From a virus, in UHGV virus genome UHGV-0202726: DNA of 44,520 nt. One strand, 5' to 3'. Both the position numbers and the translations under genes were made by a program. The notes under the pieces are model-generated. The model was not told the DNA's origin. It ran no database searches and worked only from the letters and a program-made list of their open reading frames with translations. This document shows positions 26,752-34,540 of this stretch, in pieces (position 1 is the stretch's first letter; the number at the start of each line of letters is the position of its first letter).

Positions 26752-27115
26752 CTTCTCTGCCCTCAAATATTCCGTCTAAGCCCATGATAACCTCGGCTTC
26801 GAACAAACTTATGCCGTAACCGGCGACATCACGAAACGCTACCAAATCTTGCCATTTGAGCGCATCGCGCGGGATTATAACGATAGTATCATCTGTTTCG
26901 CGCTGTAGGAATTTAATGGCACGGTATTTCTCGAACACGTCGATAAGAGAAACGGGGCATTCTGGCCCCGTCGCTTCTTTCATCTGCGGTTCTTTAATCA
27001 CGCCCATTGCAATCAAAGCCGCCTGGTGCCCCGCCGCGATGTCGTCGAATTGCTTACGTTTCTGGCGGTCGACAAAGCACCATTGCGCAAATTCATACAG
27101 CGCTTTTACTTTTCC
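26744..27115 (-). CDS. putative -1 frameshift extension of the tail assembly chaperone (GT-like product)
   Basis: Reading frame in -1 register relative to the upstream chaperone gene, open from 27130 through 26744 with no start codon near its 5' end; GGAAAAG heptamer precedes the chaperone stop. Confidence 0.35.
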   Translation of the reverse strand, partial: GKVKALYEFAQWCFVDRQKRKQFDDIAAGHQAALIAMGVIKEPQMKEATGPECPVSLIDVFEKYRAIKFLQRETDDTIVIIPRDALKWQDLVAFRDVAGYGISLFEAEVIMGLDGIFEGREDG

Positions 27116-27522
27116 GAGAGTTTCTCGCGGCTATCGGTGTGGTGCTTAACTACGGCTTCTGCCAACCCACTGTACTGGTCAAACAGGTTAGCCAGCGCCT
27201 CTTTGCTGAACGGTTCGTCGAATGACCAACCGGTGACGATTTCCACGGCAAGCTGCTTGTTCAGGTCCATCACCCGCCAGCCCTTCTCATCATTATAACG
27301 CGCCCAGTTATTCAGTGCCTCACACTCTTTATCTAATGGCGCAAGTTCTTCCGTAAGGCGTCGAATTGCCGTTGTGTAGGCGCGGCCCGCGCGAACCCCG
27401 ACATCACAATCAGGACCAATGACCTGCAACCATTCTCCGGAGTCTTTACCACTCGGCAGAAGGATAGGCATTTTAGTACCGGCAGCGTGTCGGTCAGCAA
27501 AATAGAAATCAGAAAGTTTCAT
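27106..27522 (-). CDS. tail assembly chaperone (lambda G-like)
   Basis: 138 aa immediately upstream of the tape measure; AAGGA RBS. Confidence 0.55.
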   Translation of the reverse strand: MKLSDFYFADRHAAGTKMPILLPSGKDSGEWLQVIGPDCDVGVRAGRAYTTAIRRLTEELAPLDKECEALNNWARYNDEKGWRVMDLNKQLAVEIVTGWSFDEPFSKEALANLFDQYSGLAEAVVKHHTDSREKLSEK

Positions 27523-27630
27523 TCTTTAGTCCTTTGGTTAAGAGGTTACAGGTTAAGGTTGACGCGCCAGACGGGAACCACCCGCTTTTCGTGTGCGACA
27601 CTAGGCGCAAACTTATTCTAGCACACTACT

Positions 27631-27659
27631 TGCACACCCCGATATAATAGGGTACTATT
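27631..27659 (+). promoter_or_regulatory. promoter, TTGCAC-N17-TACTAT class (rightward) for the plus-strand island
   Basis: TTGCAC, 17-nt spacer, TACTAT; 36-bp element 32/36 identical to 5151-5186 in inverted orientation; followed by GAGGAA RBS and ATG 27687. Confidence 0.5.
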
Positions 27660-27686
27660 CACCTGTAACTTACTGAGGAAATAATT

Positions 27687-28013
27687 ATGCGTAAATTAGT
27701 GTTAGCTCTTGGTTTTATGTCTTTTGCTACTTTTGGGTCTCCGTGTGAACAGGTGTTTAGTGAATCCGTTCTTATGACTTCTGGTGTGCTTGATAGAGCC
27801 GACCCTACTATTGTAAAGGCATTTAAGGACTCTACCGTTCGCGAGTGTGAGGCAGCCGTAGAGGTTGGTAAATCGGGCCTGCCTCCGCAAGCCGTAACAT
27901 ACACGGTAATACGTTCTGTAGAGAAAAACGGAGACGCGGTTTACAGCCTACTGACCGCCACCCGCCTGCAAATGGTAATGACTGGGTGGGCAATAGGCGC
28001 AGAAAGTAAATAG
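27687..28013 (+). CDS. hypothetical secreted protein (N-terminal signal peptide-like)
   Basis: MRKLVLALGFMSFATFG hydrophobic N-terminus; GAGGAA RBS. Confidence 0.5.
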   Translation: MRKLVLALGFMSFATFGSPCEQVFSESVLMTSGVLDRADPTIVKAFKDSTVRECEAAVEVGKSGLPPQAVTYTVIRSVEKNGDAVYSLLTATRLQMVMTGWAIGAESK

Positions 28014-28077
28014 TCGCCTTTATTTAAAGGAATGCACTGTGGTTAAATAGGACAAATCCTAAGCACGAGGAATAAGC

Positions 28078-29208
28078 ATGGCCAGGAAGAAAATAACCGA
28101 CGAACAGTTGCAGGAAGAATTGAACGCCGGTATGAAGAATATCGACATCGCCCGTAAATACGGCATCTCAGACCGCGTTATTCGCATCCGTAAAGCGAAG
28201 CTGGCTAAGAAAGGCGTAGGCCACGGGCGCGACGTTAGTCACCTTGTGCCAGATGGCTACAAGATTAAAGGAACGTCGTCACTTGTGGACGAGTTCGGCA
28301 ACACTAAGTTGCAATGGGTTAAGACCGACACAGACGCAGAACGTCAGGTCGAGTTGATGAAAGCCGTAATCGAAGGCATGAAGTCAGAGATTACTCCGGT
28401 TGCACCTGTTAAAGCAACCCGAGCCAAACGCGACGATAAACTGCTTAATCTTTACACTGTATCCGATTTTCATCTCGGTATGCTGGCCTGGGCCGACGAG
28501 AGCGGCGACGACTGGGATATGAAGATTGCGGAAGACCTGTTCTCTCGCTGGTTCGACGCGGCGTTTCAGAAAGCACCGGATGCGGGGACTGGGGTTATTA
28601 ACCTGCTGGGCGACTTCGCGCACTTCGATAGTCTGGTTGCCGTTACACCTGCAAGCGGTCACGCCCTTGACGCCGACACCCGTTACCAGAAACTTGTCCG
28701 CTACATGATTCGCATGGTCCGCCGTGTTGTCGATATGGCGCTGGTTAAGCATAAAAATGTTCGCTTGCTTATCGTGCAAGGGAATCACGACGAAAGTGGC
28801 ATGATTTGGTTGGCTGAGATGTTCAGTACGCTGTATGACAATGAGCCGCGTGTGTTCGTCGATACGTCACCGGATGTTTACAAGATGGTGCAACACGGCA
28901 AAACGACGCTGTTCTTTCACCACGGACATAAAGCACGCTTCGACGCTATCGAACCGGTTATGATCGCCAAGTTCCGCAAAGCGTTCGGTGAGAGTGTTTA
29001 CAGCTACGCCCATGTAGGACACCTGCACCATCAGAAGATTGTGGAAAGCCGTAACATGATTGTTGAGCAACACCGCACCTTAGCGGCTAAAGACGCCTAC
29101 GCCTCCCGCGGAGGTTGGATGTCGGGCCGTAGCGCAAATGTAATTACTTATAGCGCCGAATTTGGCGAGGTCGCACGTTTAACTATTTCACCGGAGATGC
29201 TGGGATGA
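28078..29208 (+). CDS. calcineurin-like metallophosphoesterase with N-terminal HTH-like segment
   Basis: DFHLG, GDFAHFD, GNHDE, HHGH, GHLHH motifs in the order expected for metallophosphoesterases; N-terminal NIDIARKYGISDRVIRIRKAKL HTH-like; GAGGAA RBS. Confidence 0.65.
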   Translation: MARKKITDEQLQEELNAGMKNIDIARKYGISDRVIRIRKAKLAKKGVGHGRDVSHLVPDGYKIKGTSSLVDEFGNTKLQWVKTDTDAERQVELMKAVIEGMKSEITPVAPVKATRAKRDDKLLNLYTVSDFHLGMLAWADESGDDWDMKIAEDLFSRWFDAAFQKAPDAGTGVINLLGDFAHFDSLVAVTPASGHALDADTRYQKLVRYMIRMVRRVVDMALVKHKNVRLLIVQGNHDESGMIWLAEMFSTLYDNEPRVFVDTSPDVYKMVQHGKTTLFFHHGHKARFDAIEPVMIAKFRKAFGESVYSYAHVGHLHHQKIVESRNMIVEQHRTLAAKDAYASRGGWMSGRSANVITYSAEFGEVARLTISPEMLG

Positions 29209-29690
29209 AAGATATTGTGATTTTCGATTTAGACGGGACATTGGCGGATGGTACTCATCGTTTACACCTGCTGCCGAAAGATAACTACGGCGAAACCTGG
29301 GCGTGGAAACCATTTAACATGGCGTGCAAAGATGATGAACCAATTATAGATAACATCGAACTGTGTAACGCCCTTAATCGCTGCTACGCCGTTGTTATTT
29401 TAACGGGCCGCAGTGATGACGCGGAAAAAGAAACAAGAATGTGGTTGCAGCGCCACCGCGTCGAATTTTACCAGTTAATCATGCGCAGCAAACACGACAA
29501 CAGAAAAGACATCGTAATTAAGGAAGAGGTGCTACGTGCTATCGGGCTGGAAAGAATCTTGTGCGCATTCGACGACTCTCCCGCGGTAATAAAGCATTTC
29601 CGCGAACTCGGCATAACCACTCACGCGGTTACCGAATATGACTGTAACGGGAACTCTTCACACTTAAAGCCACATGGGAGCGATAAATAA
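29205..29690 (+). CDS. HAD-superfamily phosphatase, polynucleotide 3'-phosphatase-like
   Basis: VIFDLDGTLA (DxDGT), TGR, KD..IKEE, FDDS motifs; resemblance to the T4 Pnkp phosphatase domain as recalled from memory; ATGA overlap with upstream gene. Confidence 0.6.
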   Translation: MKDIVIFDLDGTLADGTHRLHLLPKDNYGETWAWKPFNMACKDDEPIIDNIELCNALNRCYAVVILTGRSDDAEKETRMWLQRHRVEFYQLIMRSKHDNRKDIVIKEEVLRAIGLERILCAFDDSPAVIKHFRELGITTHAVTEYDCNGNSSHLKPHGSDK

Positions 29691-30259
29691 TGGCTAAGGT
29701 AATTATTCTTAATGGTCCTGCGGGTTGCGGGAAAGACACGCTTGCTATGGCACTGGTAGAAATGGGCTTTGCGAAAGGAACTACCAGTTTCAAGAATCCA
29801 ATGTTCAATATTGCTTTGGCGGCGTTAGGTCCGGATGCTTACCATGAGTTTCTCGACGGCTACGACGACCGGGCACGGAAAGAAAAGCCAGAATGTTTCC
29901 TTAATGGGTTGTCGCGACGTCAGTTCATGATTGCTATCTCGGAGCAATTCATTAAGCCTGTACTTGGCAATGATTATTTCGGTAAGTATCTTGCTGAAAA
30001 CTTGCCAGACGGCAACGAAGTTTTTGTAGTGTCTGATGGCGGATTCGCCAGTGAAGTGACTCCTATCGTCGCCGCGGGTCATGACGTGAGAATCGTTCGC
30101 CTTCATCGTGACGGCTATACGTTTGAGGATGACAGCCGTGGTTATCTGTACGATATTGATGGGGTAGTGCACCATGACGTCGCCGTCGTTCCGGGCGAGA
30201 TTACATTAACAGCGGCTGCGATTGCTAATAGAATCCTGGGGATTTACCCAAATGCGTGA
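29690..30259 (+). CDS. P-loop kinase, dNMP kinase-like
   Basis: GPAGCGKDT Walker A resembling the T4 gp1 dNMP kinase GKDT P-loop (from memory); start overlaps upstream stop. Confidence 0.6.
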   Translation: MAKVIILNGPAGCGKDTLAMALVEMGFAKGTTSFKNPMFNIALAALGPDAYHEFLDGYDDRARKEKPECFLNGLSRRQFMIAISEQFIKPVLGNDYFGKYLAENLPDGNEVFVVSDGGFASEVTPIVAAGHDVRIVRLHRDGYTFEDDSRGYLYDIDGVVHHDVAVVPGEITLTAAAIANRILGIYPNA

Positions 30260-30428
30260 AAACATTATGAAAACAATATATGTAATCCGCGTATTCGACG
30301 AAGAATGGGACGAGTGGGTCGATATTTACGCCGTTGGTAGCAAGGAGGAGGCCTCAAAAGAAATGACAGAACGAAGTGATCGAGGCCAGTTAACTAACTT
30401 CTATGAAATGCCATTCAAAAGTGAGTAA
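30252..30428 (+). CDS. hypothetical small protein
   Basis: ATG at 30252 overlapping kinase stop (alternative ATG at 30267); acidic. Confidence 0.35.
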   Translation: MRENIMKTIYVIRVFDEEWDEWVDIYAVGSKEEASKEMTERSDRGQLTNFYEMPFKSE

Positions 30429-30431
30429 GAA

Positions 30432-30458
30432 AAGGCCCCTTTCGGGGCCTTAGTTTTA
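30432..30458. terminator. bidirectional rho-independent terminator
   Basis: AAGGCCCC-TTTC-GGGGCCTT followed by AGTTTTA; between convergent island and major tail gene. Confidence 0.65.
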
Positions 30459-31622
30459 TGCGTAGGTGATACGCTGGATAACAATAGACGACTGGTACTG
30501 GTTGCCGGTAGCCTGGCCTTCAATGGACTGAGTGATTGACTCAGGCCCCCCAATCTCTGGTGTAACCGCCGTGAGTTCTGCACGTTTCAAACTGAAAGAC
30601 ATAGCTCCGTTTACCCCCGCCAGAATAGAGTTAATCTCCACCTGCTGTTCGTTGATAAACTTCTGAATCATCGCCATGTCATACAGCTTACCGGAGATGG
30701 AGAAGGTGTTAGCTGCACGGCTACGCTCCACAAACGCTACGTTAGTGTTGCCTAGTTCGAACTGCGCAGATGCGCTGTTATCGTTGGTGATGGTAAGGCT
30801 ATCGCAACGCAACGGCGTAGAGCCATCGAACACGGAAACGTCAACCGAAGAGAACGGCTCATCGCCAAAAGTAACAGATGAGAAGTTGGAATCGGTCGGC
30901 GGCGTAGTGAGAATCTCCTGACTGCGACCTATGAATGGGAAGCTGCCAGTTACCATCGCGTTAACAGCCTGTTCGATGGTAAAACCAGAAACTTCCACGC
31001 CTTTGGTTAACGTGTACGCGTCAGTACCGCCGCACTGGCCTTTGTACCAGGTAAGGATAGAGAACGTCTTACACGTGTTACCGGTTTCCAGCGTGTCGCC
31101 GGTTTTAGCCTTACTAGTTTTTGTCTCGGTGGTCAGGGTGTGTTGGATGCCTGCACCAGTAACAACCGTAGCCGTTACTGCAGTAACAATAAATGGTTTT
31201 GCGTTATCGCCTGTTAAATCGGTAAATGCAATCAGGTCGCCTACCACAACTCCGTCAGTGATAAAACTGCCGGTAGCGCGTGTGAACGTCTTGCCTGCGG
31301 GTGCGACGGTAATCGACAGACTGGACAGGGAAACACCGGATCGCCACGTAGAGCCTAAAGCACCCGCCAGCCAGTCATCCTGGCTTTTCGAGCTAAGCTC
31401 GATCGCGTATTCACCGCTAACCTGTTTGTTACCGGTGCGGATGGATGTAGTTTCACGGCTGCCGTCCAGTTCGTTGGAGGTCAGCGTGTCGCGGGTGATA
31501 GCAGGAACACCGCCAGTGTTACGCAACGGTGACCAGACCGGGTTAGCCGGTGTTACGCCCGGGGTGACTTCCGCCACATAGAATTGCGCGGTATTCGCGC
31601 CCTTAAAAGGAGTTGTAGCCAT
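30456..31622 (-). CDS. major tail protein
   Basis: About 388 aa, Thr/Ser/Gly-rich; follows the tail terminator-like gene; ATG at 31622 with AGAGG RBS preferred over track GTG 31628. Confidence 0.65.
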   Translation of the reverse strand: MATTPFKGANTAQFYVAEVTPGVTPANPVWSPLRNTGGVPAITRDTLTSNELDGSRETTSIRTGNKQVSGEYAIELSSKSQDDWLAGALGSTWRSGVSLSSLSITVAPAGKTFTRATGSFITDGVVVGDLIAFTDLTGDNAKPFIVTAVTATVVTGAGIQHTLTTETKTSKAKTGDTLETGNTCKTFSILTWYKGQCGGTDAYTLTKGVEVSGFTIEQAVNAMVTGSFPFIGRSQEILTTPPTDSNFSSVTFGDEPFSSVDVSVFDGSTPLRCDSLTITNDNSASAQFELGNTNVAFVERSRAANTFSISGKLYDMAMIQKFINEQQVEINSILAGVNGAMSFSLKRAELTAVTPEIGGPESITQSIEGQATGNQYQSSIVIQRITYA

Positions 31623-31624
31623 AT

Positions 31625-32041
31625 TCACAGCCTCTTGGTGAATGCAATAAAGTTAATTGACAATGGTCGTTTTGCCCATCCGTTTTCTACAATCAGTGGC
31701 CCCAGGCTAACCGATTGAACCTCGGCGCAGATGTTGTTACGTGAAAATGACTTACCTGCTTTAAACGCCGTGTTAAGTAAGTCTGCCATTTTATTGATCG
31801 GCGCGCTACCTTTCACCGATGCGTAGTTAATATCTACCTGGTAGACGCCAGCGCGTTGTTCCGTGAAGAACAAATCAGCCTGTTCCGTATCCGCGAGTAA
31901 CATGTAACTAGCCAGATACGGCGTATCGGTTGACGTCGGCGCGTCGATGTTTTCAAGTGCTACCTTGATGCCGTTGGTGGTTCCGAAGGCTACCAGCGGC
32001 ACGTCGAACGCTTTTGTTAAGTCCTCAAAGTAGCCCATCAT
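31625..32041 (-). CDS. tail completion / tail terminator-like protein
   Basis: 138 aa immediately upstream of the major tail gene; ATGATG overlap with upstream stop. Confidence 0.45.
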   Translation of the reverse strand: MMGYFEDLTKAFDVPLVAFGTTNGIKVALENIDAPTSTDTPYLASYMLLADTEQADLFFTEQRAGVYQVDINYASVKGSAPINKMADLLNTAFKAGKSFSRNNICAEVQSVSLGPLIVENGWAKRPLSINFIAFTKRL

Positions 32042-32433
32042 TTCACCTTGTTGGCTTCTTCGTTAATGAGTTGCTGGAAACGCGATATATTCACCCGGAC
32101 AAATCCTTGCGGCGCCTGTTGCGACCAGCCGTACTCCAGACGCTGTATATACGGCAGGTTATTGGTAAGTGTGAACTCGCTCCAGTCTGTAGCGGTGTTT
32201 ATAACCGCAGTAACACGCTGGATTGTTGCTGTTCCTTGCGGTGCGCCGTAGGTGGTAGTTTCCTGTGACGGAGTACTGCCAGACGCAAACCAGTTATTTC
32301 TCGCACGACCAGTATCAACTGGCGTCGCCTTTATGATAGCGGAAAACAGCTTGATAGACACCTGACGCATCACCTTCTCAGGGTTCTTCTTCGCCTTTTC
32401 CACGAACTTAGAGACATCAAGCGCGAAACTCAT
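32038..32433 (-). CDS. head-tail joining protein (HK97 gp10-like suggested)
   Basis: 131 aa in the connector gene run; weak motif similarity. Confidence 0.5.
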   Translation of the reverse strand: MSFALDVSKFVEKAKKNPEKVMRQVSIKLFSAIIKATPVDTGRARNNWFASGSTPSQETTTYGAPQGTATIQRVTAVINTATDWSEFTLTNNLPYIQRLEYGWSQQAPQGFVRVNISRFQQLINEEANKVK

Positions 32434-32789
32434 TTTCTCACCTGAATAAAGTATGCCACAACATCGTCGTTAACCATCTTCTTCTCGATGGCTTCGATGG
32501 ACCATTGCTCTCCGCCGAATTGTACCTTGTCTTCCATCTTCGGAACGACACTGCAATCCACTTTGACAATCATGTCGCCAGCCTGGATCGTCGTACCGTT
32601 TACCAGTCCCGCGTTTACCGGAACTGGAACGGCCTTCAACGGCAACACTTCATCGTCAGACCAGACGTACTCACCGAGAACTTCATCCCATACTTTCGAA
32701 CCAGCGCGAACAAGAGATACCGTACTGCCGAATTTGGTCAGCAGGCGCGTACCCACGCCTTGCATACGTTTACTGAAAGCGGTGCTCAT
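32430..32789 (-). CDS. head-tail adaptor-like protein
   Basis: ATG at 32789 with GGAGG RBS and ATGA overlap preferred over track start 32843. Confidence 0.45.
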   Translation of the reverse strand: MSTAFSKRMQGVGTRLLTKFGSTVSLVRAGSKVWDEVLGEYVWSDDEVLPLKAVPVPVNAGLVNGTTIQAGDMIVKVDCSVVPKMEDKVQFGGEQWSIEAIEKKMVNDDVVAYFIQVRK

Positions 32790-33403
32790 CAGGCGGCCTC
32801 CAGTCTCGAGATAACCAGTAACGCTGATGGTGCTGTGCCCCATGCGGTCACGGTAGCCGCTTGCGGGTATACGCCGCCGTAGTTGCTTCCGGAGCTATCT
32901 CGCATAATCTGAACGGCAAACGTCTGGCCTGCTGTCGGGTTAATAACGACGCGGGATTCAATCGGAATCGTTACGTCGGCGCTGACCAGTTTAGTAGCTG
33001 CGGGGGAGCCGTACTGAGCGCCGTTAAGGAGAATGCGTGATAAAAGGATTGATGTACCACTCGCCCCTGTACGCCCCGCCTGTAACTTGATACGAACGGC
33101 ATAGTTACCTGCGGTGTTGAATGTAACAAGCCCCGCAGCATTAATCATTACCGGGTCTGACGCGCTACCCTGCGCGGAGCCGAAAGTTAACTGCAACGCC
33201 GTATCTACTGCGGAAGGCGTTTGTGTTACGGTAGACGCAGCGCGGAGAACTTCAACCTCTTTAACACCCGGAGTGGCGTAAATAGGTGAGTCTGCCATCT
33301 GTGTCATTACTTCGCGCAATGCGGCGGGGGTAATAAGTCCGGTGGGGTTATCAGGGAGGTTCGCGCCGATAAGGGTAAACATCTCTGTTTTAGTCTTCGC
33401 CAT
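32789..33403 (-). CDS. hypothetical virion structural protein
   Basis: 204 aa in the connector gene run. Confidence 0.45.
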   Translation of the reverse strand: MAKTKTEMFTLIGANLPDNPTGLITPAALREVMTQMADSPIYATPGVKEVEVLRAASTVTQTPSAVDTALQLTFGSAQGSASDPVMINAAGLVTFNTAGNYAVRIKLQAGRTGASGTSILLSRILLNGAQYGSPAATKLVSADVTIPIESRVVINPTAGQTFAVQIMRDSSGSNYGGVYPQAATVTAWGTAPSALLVISRLEAA

Positions 33404-33405
33404 TT

Positions 33406-33918
33406 TTAACCCCGGTACACATTAAATGAGAAGCCATTGTTAAGCCCGCCACACAGTAACGGGCGTAAGGCGTCGTCCGCAGCGGTAATCGCGGTTGTAG
33501 CGCCACTGTTGCCGTTGTTGAAGTAGGTAACTGTTACTGCACCCTCGACACGCTCGGTCTGTACAGAACGCCCATCAGAGTTAGCCCGCACCTCAGTACC
33601 TGCACCATACGTGGCGGACGCGATTACCTGCGCAAGAATCACCTGTTTCGGGATGACATTGTTCGCGACAGGGAATCCGTTCAGCGTAACGCCGGTGCGC
33701 GGATACGCCAGAGACTGTTCAGCGGATACACGACGACCGCACATCTGCGGTTCTGCAAGCCCGACATACGTAGCGCCGTTGCGCAAAGCCACCTCCGCGG
33801 CGGTATCGTCCGCGGGCAACTCCAGGCCATAATCAGCCGCTAACGCGCGGGCGTCAGCCAGACTAATGTAACTGTCAGCGCCAGGTACTATTGACCCATC
33901 TTCCACGATTAGCGGCAT
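33406..33918 (-). CDS. hypothetical virion structural protein
   Basis: 170 aa in the connector gene run. Confidence 0.45.
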   Translation of the reverse strand: MPLIVEDGSIVPGADSYISLADARALAADYGLELPADDTAAEVALRNGATYVGLAEPQMCGRRVSAEQSLAYPRTGVTLNGFPVANNVIPKQVILAQVIASATYGAGTEVRANSDGRSVQTERVEGAVTVTYFNNGNSGATTAITAADDALRPLLCGGLNNGFSFNVYRG

Positions 33919-33921
33919 AAA

Positions 33922-34101
33922 TTATTCCTCTGACTTACGGCGACGGCGCTTGGCACCACCGCCGTTGTTGTGCGCTTCTTCGTTGTCCGGTTGGGTTGCG
34001 ACCAGTTCATCCGCTTCTACCACACCGCGAACGGGCATCACCTGACCGTCAATAATATCAACGTGGGTGTATTTCTCTCGGATTACATAGTTATCTGCCA
34101 T
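33922..34101 (-). CDS. hypothetical small protein (59 aa) with basic C-terminus
   Basis: ATG at 34101 with AAGGAAAGG RBS; ends 4 nt before the next start. Confidence 0.3.
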   Translation of the reverse strand: MADNYVIREKYTHVDIIDGQVMPVRGVVEADELVATQPDNEEAHNNGGGAKRRRRKSEE

Positions 34102-34137
34102 GACCTTTCCTTATTACGGCCCCGAAGGGCCGTTGTA

Positions 34138-34479
34138 TTAAGGCACAGTTGCTACAGTGCTGCTGGAGATAATATTACCATACGCATCGTGAACAACCAC
34201 TTTATACGTACCAGAATCGGCGGTAGTGGTTGACGCTTTAGCGTAGGTAGCCGCGGTAGCCCCGGCGATGGCGTTGTTGTTCTTATACCACTGGTAGGAA
34301 TACGGCTCCAGACCGCCAGTTACGGTTACGGTCAGTGTCATGGTTTCGCCTGCGGTAACGGAGGTAGTAGCCGCCAGCGCGGACGAGAAAGACGCAGGAG
34401 AAATAGTCACCATGTCAATCTTAGCACCCGGGGCGTCAGCGGAGACGCCGGTGATGCGTCGCTTCAATACGTCTGCCAT
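34138..34479 (-). CDS. Ig-like domain protein (probable capsid decoration)
   Basis: 113 aa; TLTVTVTGG...YQWYKNNN...GTYKVVV pattern of bacterial Ig-like domains; directly downstream of the major capsid gene. Confidence 0.55.
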   Translation of the reverse strand: MADVLKRRITGVSADAPGAKIDMVTISPASFSSALAATTSVTAGETMTLTVTVTGGLEPYSYQWYKNNNAIAGATAATYAKASTTTADSGTYKVVVHDAYGNIISSSTVATVP

Positions 34480-34499
34480 TTAGGAATCCTCTTAGTAAA

Positions 34500-34524
34500 T
34501 GAAAAGAGGGACCGAAGTCCCTCT
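34500..34524 (-). terminator. attenuating terminator after the major capsid gene
   Basis: On minus strand AGAGGGAC-TTCG-GTCCCTCT followed by TTTCATTT. Confidence 0.45.
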
Positions 34525-34540
34525 CGATTATAGCTTAACC

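Noticed and set aside
26766-26766. Track TTG start for the tape measure gene
   Set aside because: The ATG at 26751 has a GAGGG RBS 8 nt upstream and lies just after the stop of the frameshift extension ORF, giving the standard GT-then-tape-measure arrangement.
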